Below the pieces are notes generated by a model. The model ran no database searches. It had not been told where the DNA came from and saw nothing but the letters and a program-made list of their open reading frames with translations. Made by a program: the position numbers and the translations under genes. From positions 14,329 to 78,328 of the forward strand of contig CAZFFN010000040.1 of assembly GCA_964518165.1 (NCBI GenBank): DNA of 64,000 nt, given 5' to 3'. Shown piece after piece: positions 27,530 to 38,079 of the stretch (positions within the stretch are counted from its first letter, which is position 1; every line of letters begins with the position of its first letter). The stretch comes from an uncultured Thermoplasmatales archaeon. Lineage in GTDB: Archaea; Thermoplasmatota; E2; DHVEG-1.

Positions 27530-29677
27530 TTAATACTCAGTAATCTTATATTTTCCATGAACTGGTTCATAAATTTGACCATTACGTTTGAGTCTATCAA
27601 GAGCTTCTTCCACTTTACCAGATTCAAGACCAACAATTTCACCTTCACGAACTATATCAGTTCTAGCCGCATTACCATCTTTTGATTCAGAACTTAAACG
27701 CGAAACGATATCCATGATATTACGCATACGATCATGCTGAGAATGACTTATACCAGTAGCTATTATATCAATATCAATTTTACCTGTTTCTTTATCCATA
27801 CCAACCCTTCGTAAGTATTGTTCAATTACATAAATTGATCTTTTAGCATCTTCAACACCAACTACTTCGCTAAGTCTAATCTTTGCACTAGCTTCAGCAA
27901 GTCTAACAAATGCTTCAAGCTGACGAGGAGTAAAAGTTACAGCATCCTCAGATGAGTTTCTAAAATTAACATAATAACCTTTTATTAGTTCCAGTGCTTC
28001 ATCAGTCATAACTGGAAAAATATTTCTTTTAGCATATGCTACATATTTACGTAAAAAATCAGGTATAAAAACGGGTTCAATAATTTTAATTAGTTCTTCT
28101 TTTTCTTTATTTGAAAATTTAGTATTTTTAGATCTCTTAATATTCTCAGTTACCTGACCTGCTTTATGAGTATTAAGGATATGAGAAGCAAGATCAGTAT
28201 CCCTACCACGGTTAGGCCTGTCAAGAATTGAAAAAATTAAATCAAAACGAGAAATAAGAGCAGGCGGCATGTTAATCTGTTCATGCATAGGAATAAATTC
28301 ATCAAATCTTCCAAGCTTTGGATTTGCAGCAGCAAGAATTGCACAACGAGATTTAAGTGTAGCATTTATTCCAGCTTTAGCTACAGAAATCTCCTGCTGC
28401 TCCATAGCTTGATGAAGACTACTTCTATCCTGATCACTCATCTTATCAATTTCATCAATACAAGCTATCCCCATATCAGCTAAAACAAGAGCTCCTGCTT
28501 CAAGAGTCCACTGACCTTCCCCAAATTCATCACGTACTGCTGCAGCAGTAAGACCAGCAGCAGACGATGCTTTTCCAGAAGCATAAACACTACGAGGGGA
28601 AAGTTTTGACATATATGTAAGCAGCTGAGACTTAGCAGTACCAGGATCCCCTACAAAAAGAGCATGGATATCTCCTCTGATACGTGTTCCATCAGGCATC
28701 TCCTTTGGTGTTCCACCAAAAAGCTGCAAGATTAATGCATCTTTTTCAATATCCATCCCATAAATTGTAGGTGCAATACTAGCACGTATCTTATCATATA
28801 TTTTAGGATCCTTACTAACTTTAATAATTTCTTCTTCATCTTCATTATTGATCTCTACTTCTTCAAAAGCATAATCCTGAGTCTCCATACTAATCGCATC
28901 CATGGTTTTTGCAAAAGCAGTAAGCTTATATGTTCCACGTCTACGAAGCATAGAATGAAGAATTCCATTAGCAATAACCCTATCACCAGGCGCAATCTCA
29001 CCTACTAAGTCATCTTCTAAATAAACACTAATACGTTCTGGTTGAGCACCACCGCGAAGGCCTTCTGGGTTTTCCTGAATCTCAATTTTCTGCGAATCAA
29101 TAAATTTTGAAAGATTAGCAAGAAGTTTAAAAGATGAAACCCGCCCACAGCCGCCTTGTTCTTCAAAACACTCGGATGGTTCTTTTAAAATATCTTCATC
29201 CTGCTCAATTCTAACAATAGCACCGCATTTCTGACATTGAAATGCTGCAACCTGAAGCTTGGGTCTTACTTCAGTTCTTTTTTTAACTAGACCCTCGACA
29301 CTCATCATTCGGCCCAAATGATTAGCACGAATATTTCTAATAATAATTTTATTTGTATCAGGTATATTATTAACTCTAAAATTAAGTCTAAGTTTATTTT
29401 CTGAAGCTACATCAATATTTTTAAGTGCTTCTTCAGCGTTAAAAAATGCTTTATAAGGCTGGTTTAAAAGTAGTTCAGCTAGTTCAGGATCTGCTTTGTC
29501 AATTGTCCAATAATCAACAAAAAGACTGCGTTTTTCAGGATAATCAAGAGCTACTGTTTCAATATCGGGTTTACAGTAATCTTCAAAGAATTTCTGAAAC
29601 TTTGCAACTAAATTTTTATCCTTAAGCAGTTTAACCATAACAGACTCCCCAAATAATTTGTAAAAAAATGATAACAA
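27530..29677 (-). CDS. mcm: MCM replicative helicase
   Basis: Zn finger, Walker A/B (CIDEIDKM), arginine finger SRFDL, wHTH C-terminus. Confidence 0.9.
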   Translation of the reverse strand: MLSFFYKLFGESVMVKLLKDKNLVAKFQKFFEDYCKPDIETVALDYPEKRSLFVDYWTIDKADPELAELLLNQPYKAFFNAEEALKNIDVASENKLRLNFRVNNIPDTNKIIIRNIRANHLGRMMSVEGLVKKRTEVRPKLQVAAFQCQKCGAIVRIEQDEDILKEPSECFEEQGGCGRVSSFKLLANLSKFIDSQKIEIQENPEGLRGGAQPERISVYLEDDLVGEIAPGDRVIANGILHSMLRRRGTYKLTAFAKTMDAISMETQDYAFEEVEINNEDEEEIIKVSKDPKIYDKIRASIAPTIYGMDIEKDALILQLFGGTPKEMPDGTRIRGDIHALFVGDPGTAKSQLLTYMSKLSPRSVYASGKASSAAGLTAAAVRDEFGEGQWTLEAGALVLADMGIACIDEIDKMSDQDRSSLHQAMEQQEISVAKAGINATLKSRCAILAAANPKLGRFDEFIPMHEQINMPPALISRFDLIFSILDRPNRGRDTDLASHILNTHKAGQVTENIKRSKNTKFSNKEKEELIKIIEPVFIPDFLRKYVAYAKRNIFPVMTDEALELIKGYYVNFRNSSEDAVTFTPRQLEAFVRLAEASAKIRLSEVVGVEDAKRSIYVIEQYLRRVGMDKETGKIDIDIIATGISHSQHDRMRNIMDIVSRLSSESKDGNAARTDIVREGEIVGLESGKVEEALDRLKRNGQIYEPVHGKYKITEY

Positions 29678-29722
29678 ACTTCTACTTATAAAGATTTTCA
29701 GGAGGTAATTTAAAGTTTTTTA

Positions 29723-30045
29723 GCGGGTATAAAAGACCCTCAAGTGGGTGCATGCCTCATCAATTGACTGCCCATCTGTATCCATCAACCTCGTTAACCC
29801 TTCGAGCATCGGCAGTCTATGGTAAGGCTGCTCACTTCCGTGCCTAACCCGATTTCCATAGCCAAGCAGGCTACATAACCCTCCAGTTATATAGGTCCTG
29901 CACCTCCGATCCCAAAGGACAAGGTATCATCGTCAACAAACGGATCAAAAGACGGACATAACACCGCCTATCGGTTTCGACCTCTGCATAAAGACGATTT
30001 CAGATTAACAGGGAACGTCTACCTCCCCGGTCTATTCTATACCTT
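29723..30045 (-). ncRNA. ffs: Signal recognition particle (7S) RNA
   Basis: ~325-nt ORF-free region that is GC-richer than its surroundings. The minus strand carries the helix-8 signature GGCACGGAAGUGAGCAGCC (cf. E. coli GGUCCGGAAGGAAGCAGCC). 5'/3' ends pair (GGTATAGAATAGACC / GGTCTTTTATACC). TATA-like ctataaaa lies upstream. Confidence 0.65.
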
Positions 30046-30059
30046 TCGCCAAACGTATG

Positions 30060-30067
30060 TTTTATAG
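30060..30067 (-). promoter_or_regulatory. TATA box (ctataaaa on minus) for SRP RNA
   Basis: ~20-25 nt upstream of the predicted 5' end. Confidence 0.3.
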
Positions 30068-30346
30068 AGACCTACGAATGATAGTAGATATATTTCTAAT
30101 TAACTGTACAAAAATGATTGCTAGAGCAACGCCAAGTATTGCTACATCACGAGCAAAAGCAAACATCCAAGAGGAAAAACTTATACCTTGTGAAGAACCA
30201 GTAATATCTGCAATACCTGCATTATACGAATCATACACAACAAAATATAAGAAAATCGCCACTACAAAAACTAATACAACATTCAAATAAAAAGACCATT
30301 TATACCAAGTCTTTTTACTAGTCTTACGAAACATATCTTCAACCAT
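30062..30346 (-). CDS. Small 2-TM membrane protein
   Basis: Hydrophobic 94-aa ORF; the opposite-strand ORF is less plausible. Confidence 0.35.
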   Translation of the reverse strand: MVEDMFRKTSKKTWYKWSFYLNVVLVFVVAIFLYFVVYDSYNAGIADITGSSQGISFSSWMFAFARDVAILGVALAIIFVQLIRNISTIIRRSL

Positions 30347-30412
30347 ATTTATATTCCCCTCAAATATTCCAAATCAATTATAATATAAAATTAAGATATA
30401 TGAAGGTTATGA

Positions 30413-33400
30413 TTAAAAAAACTCATCAAGCTTAGTTGATCTGATCTTATCACTCATAAAAAGAGAATCAATAGATTTTTCAACAAGAGTAATTCTTTGT
30501 CTGGCATAATTAGGAATGTTATATCTCTGTGCAATCTCTTTAGATATTTCTAGATATTTTTTAACAGATTTTTCATGAACAGTAAGAGTAAGTTTACCGC
30601 CGCATTTCGTACAAACCCCTTTCAAAGGTGGACGACGATAGGTTATATTACAAGATGGACAGCGTACCGATTGTTTACTAAAGGCCCGCAAGTTACCTAG
30701 GATATCAGGTAAGAAATGCCTCTCAATTACTTTATATGCAACATCAGCAACATCAACAGCACGAATTTTTGCTCCAAGATCAAGCTGAGAGTTCATCTTA
30801 TCCATCATAGTTTTCAATGTTTTATAGTTAGACATCTTAGGCCCAGCTGAGATATCAACAGTATCATGGGTGAAACAAAAATCTTCATACTGAAATTTAG
30901 AACCAATTCGAGAAGAAACAGTATCCATAATCGACTCTAATTCTTTAGAATGAACATGCTTGAGCGTAGATTTATAAAAATCAAGAGGATAACGAGCAAG
31001 AGTATCAACATTATGAGCTTCTTTATCTACTTCAGATGGATCTAATCTAGTAGTAAGAATTAAAGGTAAATCCATTTGACCCCCACGTTTATCAGGGATA
31101 TATGCATGGGAAAAATTGAGAAGAGCATCCATTAATAGCATGAGACCATCTTCATCAGCATCACAATTATTTGAAATAATAAAGTTATTTATTGGAAAAT
31201 TATGTAAATCTTCTACTTCGATGTCATAAACATATTTTGATTTAGAAATAATTGGTTTAATTTCTTTTATACCATCTACAATGAACTCACCGTATTTTTC
31301 TAAACGGGGCTTTCTTTCTTTTGGAATAGATGATTCTAATCTTTTTTGTTTTCTTTTTAAAGAAAATCCAATCTTTTTAGCGAATTTTCTTGCATAACTT
31401 GAACGAATTGAGATATAAAATTGTGTAAAAATTGGATTTTTATCGTTTTTATCATAAAATTTCTTTGCTAATCCACCAGGTCTTCTTGTTTCTTCTTTTA
31501 GCCTGTAAAATATTCCAAATCTAAGTAACTGCATTCCAATATCTGTTAGTAAATTTTTATTAACAGAGGAGCAAGTAACATGCAATCTATTTTTTTCTAC
31601 TGATCCATCACCAGCAAAATACGCTTTTAGTAACTCCTTCATTTTTTGTTTTGGAACTGTTGAAATTAACTTTGGAATTCGTTTATTTTTAGCATTTTCA
31701 CCTGTTTTTAATATTTTTGTGAAAAAAATATGTATAACATGATTACAAATAAATACGCCCGATTTAGATTCATAGGGAGTGATTTTAAAAATATCTCTAA
31801 TACAATTTATTATATCATCTCTGATCTCTTTTTCAGAACATGCAAAACCAACTTGATAACAACTATTTCTTGAAAATCTTGAGTGCCCCTCCGAAATATA
31901 GTAACCGATTAATCTCATAAATTTTTCATTGACTTTTATTGTTCTTGGAATTAACGTATGATCTCTTTTTACCCCTAGAAAACAATATTTTGGTATTTCA
32001 TTAAAATTTTTCTTAGAAATGTTTAAAAGTCTATTCAAAACATCAACAGGTATGCTATCTCTATAGATATAATTTGACAAAGTTTTTTTATTTATTTTAA
32101 GCTTTCTAGATGCTTTTTTTAATCCACCTAATTCAAGAATACATTCATTTGAAAAGTCTTTTATTCCACGTATAACAACATTTTTTGAGTCATATTTTAT
32201 GAATTCTTTAAGTAAATCAATTTCTTTGATATCATTTTCAGGAAAATCTAGTTTATTAGATAAGAGAAATTTATCATCTTTTTCTAATTCTATCAATTTT
32301 TTCCTTTCAAATTTTCCTTTTGACAAAACTAATGTTCTGTGATAAGGGGAACCTACAAATTCTCTACCAGTGGATAGTCTTATTTTTAGGAGATGATTTG
32401 GAGATTTTGCCTTTATTATAGACTTTATTTTCTTAGTTTCAGTTAATCCATTTTTGGGATTAAACGAATATGTTTTTAATCCTGATATTTTTTTCATCTT
32501 TGTTTGAAAATCATCAACAATTGTTTCTTCTGATTTTGCATTATCATAAATTCCTTGGATAGATGAAATAACAGGTTTATCAAAGTTTGAAATTAGTAGA
32601 TTTGTATCAAAAGCCAGGCAGTTTCTCCTTTTCGCTGCATGATAATAAGGATGAGCATAACAAACCTGAGCATTTGTAAAACCTATAATCCTTGATAATG
32701 ACCCCCCTGACGTGTGTGGTGCAAGACCAATTGTCAAATGTCCAGTAAGATTTTCAAGTTTTTTTATATTATAAAACCTTTCAAGTCCGTAGAATTTAAC
32801 TAAAAGATCATCTATAAATTTTGCAACTTTTAAGAAATACTCTGCACAGGATTTTGAAATAACTACATCCTGAACTTTTAGTTCACAGATTTGATCAGAT
32901 TTTTCCAGTTTATTTCCTAAATAATCTTTTGTGTAACCTAATTCTTTTAATCTTTCAACTGAAACTCCAATCTCTTCTGGCTTGAAATGGGTGATGGGTG
33001 CATCTGTCATATCAAATCTTACTGTTCCATCTTTAAAGACGTATACACCATGTTTTGCTCTAAGTATTCCTTTTTCCAAGGGTTCTGGAGTTTTATTTTT
33101 TGATATTGTTCCCATTACACCTTTTATTGTTTCAGGGAGTCTTCTTTCTTTTATGTTGTTTTTTGCAATTTTTAGGTCATTATCTAAATTTATGTCATGT
33201 ATCTCTATTCTATCATTATCAATTTCAGTATGAGTTCCACATTCACATGATAGTTTGTATGTCTTTTTTTTACATTTTGGACAAACTCTTGTTCCTGCCT
33301 CTATTTCTATCTTTGATTTTTGAGCTGCTTTTCCTAGAAGTCTTTGGTTGCTTCCATAGTTACCAACAGGATAAAGTACATGCGGAGGCGGGCGCATTTT

Positions 33401-35293
33401 TCTTTCTGCTGCTTTTTCAGGCCTTCCCATACGTGTGCCTATTCTTATTGGACCATGTGCTCTTATCTTTATCTTTGATAGTTTTGATACAAGTTTTAAT
33501 GGATCTTTTTCATCTTTTGGTAGTTTATTTTTTTCAACTATTTTTCCTTCTTTATTTTTTAATCCTAAAGTGTATATTAGTGAGTCTTTGTATTCTTTAA
33601 AAATAAGTTTTTGTTCTTTTTGTTTATGTATTGCCCCTAATTCTATTAGTATATTTTTTATTTCTGAATTGTTTTTAAGAAAGAGTTTTTTGTCTTTTAT
33701 TTCACCATCTGTAATTATATATTCTCTAAGTTTTTTTATATCTTCAACCTTTAAATCATGCCAGAAAAGATTATATTTTGGATGAAGTGGTATCTTATAT
33801 TCTTTTGATAGGTTTATTGCATCTTTAAACTCTGGTTCTTCTAAGTTTATTTCTTTTTTATATTCTTTTTTTATTATTTCTTTTGTTTTTTTATCTGCTT
33901 TTTTTATGTTTTCTGTTGTGTTTTTTTCTGGCAGGGTTTTTAGTTTTTCTTGTAGTTCTTGTATCCACCATTCATATGAGTAGCTTGCATCTGGAAGAAG
34001 TGAATTATTTTCTAAAAATTCACCATATGGAACTAATATTTCTCCTAGATCGATTATCTTTTTTATTTTTGCTTTATCTATTTCTTTTGCATGTTTTATT
34101 TTTATAAAATCCCCGTTTTGTAGTAGTACTGTTGGGCCTTCTATTGTTGTACAAGGCGTCCCAATCGTTGCTTTACCTGGTCTTTCTGTTTTTAATTGTG
34201 TTCCTATTGCTATAAATTCATCAACAATATACATTGTTAGTGGATTTATCGCGGTTGATGCAAGGCCCGCCGTTCTTGCTCTGCCATATCTTAGTCTTAG
34301 CCCGCCTTTTCTACTTGGATGAGAAAAAACTGGTCTACCTGCTATTACTTCTCCGATGTACTTTGTCTTTGGTTTTATCTCTGGGATTTTGTTTTTATTT
34401 TGTTCATCTTCTTCGTCTTTTTTTCCTTTGTTTACAAATATATCTAAAAACTCCCATCCTTTGAGTTTGAGTTTTTTTACGTGTTTTAGTATCTTTGGTG
34501 CTTTAAGACACATTCCTTCAGCTATAACTAGGCATGCTCCGCCACGAAGGCGATTTGTTTCAATTCTTGGTAAGTCACGGTATCCTGTTACTTCTTCTTT
34601 TTCAGTTCCTTCGCCGTTTACACACACGGGGCAGTTTGATACAATTTTGTCTATTTCATCAACAGTTGGTGTGTACTGTAAGTGTTGTGCTCTTTTATAT
34701 AGCGGTATTTCTTCTTTGTATCGTTCAATTTCACCTTTTGTTGGTTTGTATTCATTTATGTTCATCTGCCTTCTTACTACATCAGCTATAAGGACGCTCA
34801 TAGCTTGGCCTGTGCCACCTGCTGAACGTATTGGCCCTGAGAAATATAAGTCGACATAACTTGAGCCATCATTGTTTTTTCCAATTTTTACATCAGCTAT
34901 TCCTTCTAGTGGTGCAACTAGCACACCTTCTGTTAAAATTGCTAGACCTGTTCTTACAGCTTGGTCAAGAGCTTCTTCATTTGATTTAAAATTATATTTT
35001 TCTTTGTCTTTTGCAATAGTCTTTGCTATTTCAAGACTTACTAGTTCTCTGTTTTGTATTTTTTTTGTTACAGTTCTTATTTTTGGTGCGATATCTTTTG
35101 GTCCAACTAGTTCTTCTACTCTTTGTGCAAGATCCTTTGCTTGTGGAATTTCAACTTTTTTTTCTGGGTCAAGTCCTTTTTTCCTTGCTTTTTTTGCAAT
35201 GTTATATGCAGTATCTATTTCTTTTTGCAGATCGGAAAAATATTTCTGCATTTCTTTACTCATCGCAATATCTTTTGCTTGATCCCCGCCCAT
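30413..35293 (-). CDS. dp2: DNA polymerase II (PolD) large subunit DP2 precursor with a 485-aa intein
   Basis: Conserved DP2 N-terminus and the catalytic region ...HPYYHAAKRRN | CDADEDG. Confidence 0.9.
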   Translation of the reverse strand: MGGDQAKDIAMSKEMQKYFSDLQKEIDTAYNIAKKARKKGLDPEKKVEIPQAKDLAQRVEELVGPKDIAPKIRTVTKKIQNRELVSLEIAKTIAKDKEKYNFKSNEEALDQAVRTGLAILTEGVLVAPLEGIADVKIGKNNDGSSYVDLYFSGPIRSAGGTGQAMSVLIADVVRRQMNINEYKPTKGEIERYKEEIPLYKRAQHLQYTPTVDEIDKIVSNCPVCVNGEGTEKEEVTGYRDLPRIETNRLRGGACLVIAEGMCLKAPKILKHVKKLKLKGWEFLDIFVNKGKKDEEDEQNKNKIPEIKPKTKYIGEVIAGRPVFSHPSRKGGLRLRYGRARTAGLASTAINPLTMYIVDEFIAIGTQLKTERPGKATIGTPCTTIEGPTVLLQNGDFIKIKHAKEIDKAKIKKIIDLGEILVPYGEFLENNSLLPDASYSYEWWIQELQEKLKTLPEKNTTENIKKADKKTKEIIKKEYKKEINLEEPEFKDAINLSKEYKIPLHPKYNLFWHDLKVEDIKKLREYIITDGEIKDKKLFLKNNSEIKNILIELGAIHKQKEQKLIFKEYKDSLIYTLGLKNKEGKIVEKNKLPKDEKDPLKLVSKLSKIKIRAHGPIRIGTRMGRPEKAAERKMRPPPHVLYPVGNYGSNQRLLGKAAQKSKIEIEAGTRVCPKCKKKTYKLSCECGTHTEIDNDRIEIHDINLDNDLKIAKNNIKERRLPETIKGVMGTISKNKTPEPLEKGILRAKHGVYVFKDGTVRFDMTDAPITHFKPEEIGVSVERLKELGYTKDYLGNKLEKSDQICELKVQDVVISKSCAEYFLKVAKFIDDLLVKFYGLERFYNIKKLENLTGHLTIGLAPHTSGGSLSRIIGFTNAQVCYAHPYYHAAKRRNCLAFDTNLLISNFDKPVISSIQGIYDNAKSEETIVDDFQTKMKKISGLKTYSFNPKNGLTETKKIKSIIKAKSPNHLLKIRLSTGREFVGSPYHRTLVLSKGKFERKKLIELEKDDKFLLSNKLDFPENDIKEIDLLKEFIKYDSKNVVIRGIKDFSNECILELGGLKKASRKLKINKKTLSNYIYRDSIPVDVLNRLLNISKKNFNEIPKYCFLGVKRDHTLIPRTIKVNEKFMRLIGYYISEGHSRFSRNSCYQVGFACSEKEIRDDIINCIRDIFKITPYESKSGVFICNHVIHIFFTKILKTGENAKNKRIPKLISTVPKQKMKELLKAYFAGDGSVEKNRLHVTCSSVNKNLLTDIGMQLLRFGIFYRLKEETRRPGGLAKKFYDKNDKNPIFTQFYISIRSSYARKFAKKIGFSLKRKQKRLESSIPKERKPRLEKYGEFIVDGIKEIKPIISKSKYVYDIEVEDLHNFPINNFIISNNCDADEDGLMLLMDALLNFSHAYIPDKRGGQMDLPLILTTRLDPSEVDKEAHNVDTLARYPLDFYKSTLKHVHSKELESIMDTVSSRIGSKFQYEDFCFTHDTVDISAGPKMSNYKTLKTMMDKMNSQLDLGAKIRAVDVADVAYKVIERHFLPDILGNLRAFSKQSVRCPSCNITYRRPPLKGVCTKCGGKLTLTVHEKSVKKYLEISKEIAQRYNIPNYARQRITLVEKSIDSLFMSDKIRSTKLDEFF
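31166..32620 (-). mobile_element. Intein (485 aa) with a LAGLIDADG endonuclease, inserted in the DP2 catalytic NCDxDED motif
   Basis: Begins C(LAFDT), ends ...ISNN, +1 Cys. LAGLIDADG motifs LIGYYISEG and YFAGDGSV. Confidence 0.8.
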
Positions 35294-35369
35294 ACTCTAC
35301 AGATCCTTTAAAACTAGTAAAATTCTATAATGCAAATATTGTGTTTAAAAGTTTTGTATTTTTTTATAT

Positions 35370-37088
35370 TTATTTATTAAAATCCATCATTGTAACATTA
35401 TTTGTCTTCAGATCAACTATCGGTAGTTTTGCCGGGTCTGGAATAAAGTTTAGCATCTTTTGATAGTTAGTTTGTGCTTGCCAGCTTGATGCATTTAATA
35501 GTGTTACGCCGCGGTAGTCACTAATTTGAGCAAGATGTACATGTCCTGTAACAAAGATGTCTGGTATTCTATCTATTAGCATGTAATCTTCATGTTCAGG
35601 TGCAAGAGGTGTATATCCGCCATATGTCGGAGCTAAGTGATGTTTTTTTAGCATTACTTTCATAGTTTCAGCTGGATCATTATATTTTAAATGCTGAATA
35701 TTAGTTGCAAAATCAAGTAGGCTTTGACCGTGATATGATAAAATTTCAACACCATGCAGTGAAAAATAAGAGGGATTTCCCAAAAAAGTTATGTCCATTC
35801 CAGAAAATAAATCCTGTATTTCTTTTTCAAAAGTTGGTTGAGGCTCAGCAGGCCTTACTGCATCATGGTTTCCAGGCTGCATTATTATTGATATATGATC
35901 TGGTATGTTTCTAAGCTCTTTTGCTAACTCTTCGTATTGTCTATATACATCAACTATCGATAATTCAGTTTCCTGGTTTGGATAGATACCTATTCCATCT
36001 ACAACATCACCTGGTATTACTAAGTATTTGATTTTACTAGCAACATCCCTTTGTCTGCTATTTCCCATCTGACCATTGATCCATCTTAAAAATGAGTTCC
36101 ATTGATCCCCCATAAACTGTTTGCTTCCTATATGTATATCTGAGCAAAACGCTGCAAAAACTGGTACTTCTGATGTATGGCGCTGGTTTTGTATGCTTAT
36201 ATCCGGATATACTATGTTTTCTACAACTAAAAGATCACCATTTTTACTAATATTTGCAGTAATCCCGATTATTTCATCAAGTATTACTTCTTGGGCGATT
36301 GAATGAATTTCTCTATTTTGTTTTAAAGCAATACATACTGCTTCATCTGTATCATCCTCTAAAATTATTAATCTATGGCCATTTTTTGTGTTTCTTACTT
36401 CTTTTACAATACCTATTATTTGTATTTCTTTCAGACCTGATTTTTTAACCCGTGATAGAGGTATTGCATTTGCTAGTTCTCTTCTCTGTTTTCTAAGTAT
36501 TTTTTTTACTGATTCAAATCTATTTGTAAAAAGTTTATTAAAATCAGTAGTTGTCCCCTCACAGCAACTATTTCCTGTAACATCTTTGATCATTTTTATC
36601 TCTGAATCATATTCTCTTGCTTTTGGTTTCCAGGATTTTACTTTTTTGATTTCAACTCTTTTTGTTTTTTCTTCTTTTGTTTTAGAAGTATCTTCTTTTT
36701 CTGCATATACTTCTGTTTCAAAATCATCAGGTTCTTCTATTTCTCCTTTAGGTTTCAAGTCTTGGTTATATATTTGAGAGAGCATCTTTGTTTGGATTTC
36801 TTCTTCTTTTGTTTTAACCTCAATTTTTTCTTTTGTTGTTATTTGTTCTATTTCTTTTATGTGATCTATTGTTAAAACCAATGGATATTCTTTTAAATTT
36901 TTTTCAATAAAAGATGAAAAATCATGAGGATTTTTCTGGGATAGAATATAATTTAATGTATCTGGTTGAACAAATGTACCATGTTCTGAAAATGATTTGA
37001 TTATCTTCTCCATCCTATTATCCCATGAAAAACTAATTTTAGTATAAAGTGTATGAATTAATGTGTTTTTATTATTGCGGTCGAACAA
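35370..37088 (-). CDS. dp1: DNA polymerase II (PolD) small subunit DP1 (calcineurin-like 3'-5' exonuclease); the true start is probably the internal MEKIIKS
   Basis: OB-fold plus metallophosphatase motifs (CSDIHIG, GDVVDG, GNHD). Confidence 0.85.
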   Translation of the reverse strand: MFDRNNKNTLIHTLYTKISFSWDNRMEKIIKSFSEHGTFVQPDTLNYILSQKNPHDFSSFIEKNLKEYPLVLTIDHIKEIEQITTKEKIEVKTKEEEIQTKMLSQIYNQDLKPKGEIEEPDDFETEVYAEKEDTSKTKEEKTKRVEIKKVKSWKPKAREYDSEIKMIKDVTGNSCCEGTTTDFNKLFTNRFESVKKILRKQRRELANAIPLSRVKKSGLKEIQIIGIVKEVRNTKNGHRLIILEDDTDEAVCIALKQNREIHSIAQEVILDEIIGITANISKNGDLLVVENIVYPDISIQNQRHTSEVPVFAAFCSDIHIGSKQFMGDQWNSFLRWINGQMGNSRQRDVASKIKYLVIPGDVVDGIGIYPNQETELSIVDVYRQYEELAKELRNIPDHISIIMQPGNHDAVRPAEPQPTFEKEIQDLFSGMDITFLGNPSYFSLHGVEILSYHGQSLLDFATNIQHLKYNDPAETMKVMLKKHHLAPTYGGYTPLAPEHEDYMLIDRIPDIFVTGHVHLAQISDYRGVTLLNASSWQAQTNYQKMLNFIPDPAKLPIVDLKTNNVTMMDFNK

Positions 37089-37293
37089 AAAAATGTTTTA
37101 TAAAATTTTTCAAGGATACTTATATAAATATTTTTCTATAAAATCTGTTATTTTTGCTTAATAGCGTACTCTCTTTAGATACATTATGATATTTTATAAA
37201 AAAAAGCCTAAAAAAATCATTTGTAGGAAAAGAATATAAAATATTAGAAACTAATACTTAATTATAGTAGAGAAAAAGTGAGTAAATGACCTC

Positions 37294-37590
37294 ATGATTA
37301 GTGTTAAAAAATACAAACAAGGAAGCGATCTATTAATAGGCGCATGCGATGAAGAACTTATAGGTAAAAAATTTGAAGAGGGAAAACTTCAAATTGATGT
37401 AAGTAAATCGTTTTATGATGGTGAAAGAGTTTCATCAGATGTTTTAAAGAAATTTTTAGAAGAAGCAACTATTGCAAATTTAGTTGGAGAAAAAACGGTG
37501 AAATGTGCAATAGATCTCGGGTTAGTTGATCCAAATTGTGTTTTAAAAATTAAAGATATTCCCCATGCACAAATGGTTAGAATGCTATAA
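37294..37590 (+). CDS. Small conserved archaeal hypothetical protein
   Basis: ORF only. Confidence 0.35.
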   Translation: MISVKKYKQGSDLLIGACDEELIGKKFEEGKLQIDVSKSFYDGERVSSDVLKKFLEEATIANLVGEKTVKCAIDLGLVDPNCVLKIKDIPHAQMVRML

Positions 37591-37611
37591 AAACAAATTT
37601 TTGTTCTTTAT

Positions 37612-38079
37612 TTAGGAATTTAATTTTTCAATTTTATCAATCATTTTTTCATAATGGGTTCCTTTCCAGTATATCTTATCACAATCATTACAATATAAAA
37701 ATTCATCATGGTTTTCAAATACTTTTTCTGGGACTTTTTTACTAACTTCTTTTTTAGGTATTTTTTCTAAAACACTGTTACAGATTGTACATCTTGTTAA
37801 AACTTTATCTTTTTTAAGTTTAACATTTTTTAAAACAATTTCAATTTGTTCATCCAAATCTTTAGTTTGAATTTTAATTGTTTTTACTTGTTCTCTTTTT
37901 GCGTTATATACTAGTTCTTTGTCACGAGTTACTAAAACACGGTTTTCTTTTTTTGCTATATCAATTAACTCTTTGTCTTCCATATGTCTTTTAGCATAAT
38001 ATGTATCAAAACCATATATTCTAAGCCACTTGGCAAGTGTTCCAAGCATTTGATCGCATAAAAATTTCATTTTTATCAA
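37612..38079 (-). CDS. Mut7-C RNase domain (DUF82) protein with a C-terminal zinc ribbon
   Basis: FLCDQMLGTLAKWLRIYGFD N-terminus. CTICN ... CNDCD. Confidence 0.6.
   Translation of the reverse strand: MIKMKFLCDQMLGTLAKWLRIYGFDTYYAKRHMEDKELIDIAKKENRVLVTRDKELVYNAKREQVKTIKIQTKDLDEQIEIVLKNVKLKKDKVLTRCTICNSVLEKIPKKEVSKKVPEKVFENHDEFLYCNDCDKIYWKGTHYEKMIDKIEKLNS

Noticed and set aside
29700-30050. Structured GC-rich RNA considered as RNase P RNA
   Set aside because: No CR-I/CR-V (GGAAAGUCCGGGC / ACAGAAA-type) consensus was seen; the SRP domain-IV motif GGCACGGAAGUGAGCAGCC is present on the minus strand instead.
32982-35463. Ten + strand ORFs (62-167 aa) overlapping the DP2 and DP1 genes
   Set aside because: They are antisense to a well-supported 1626-aa PolD gene and consist of Leu/Phe/Ser-rich low-complexity translation of the A/T-rich antisense strand; no motifs.
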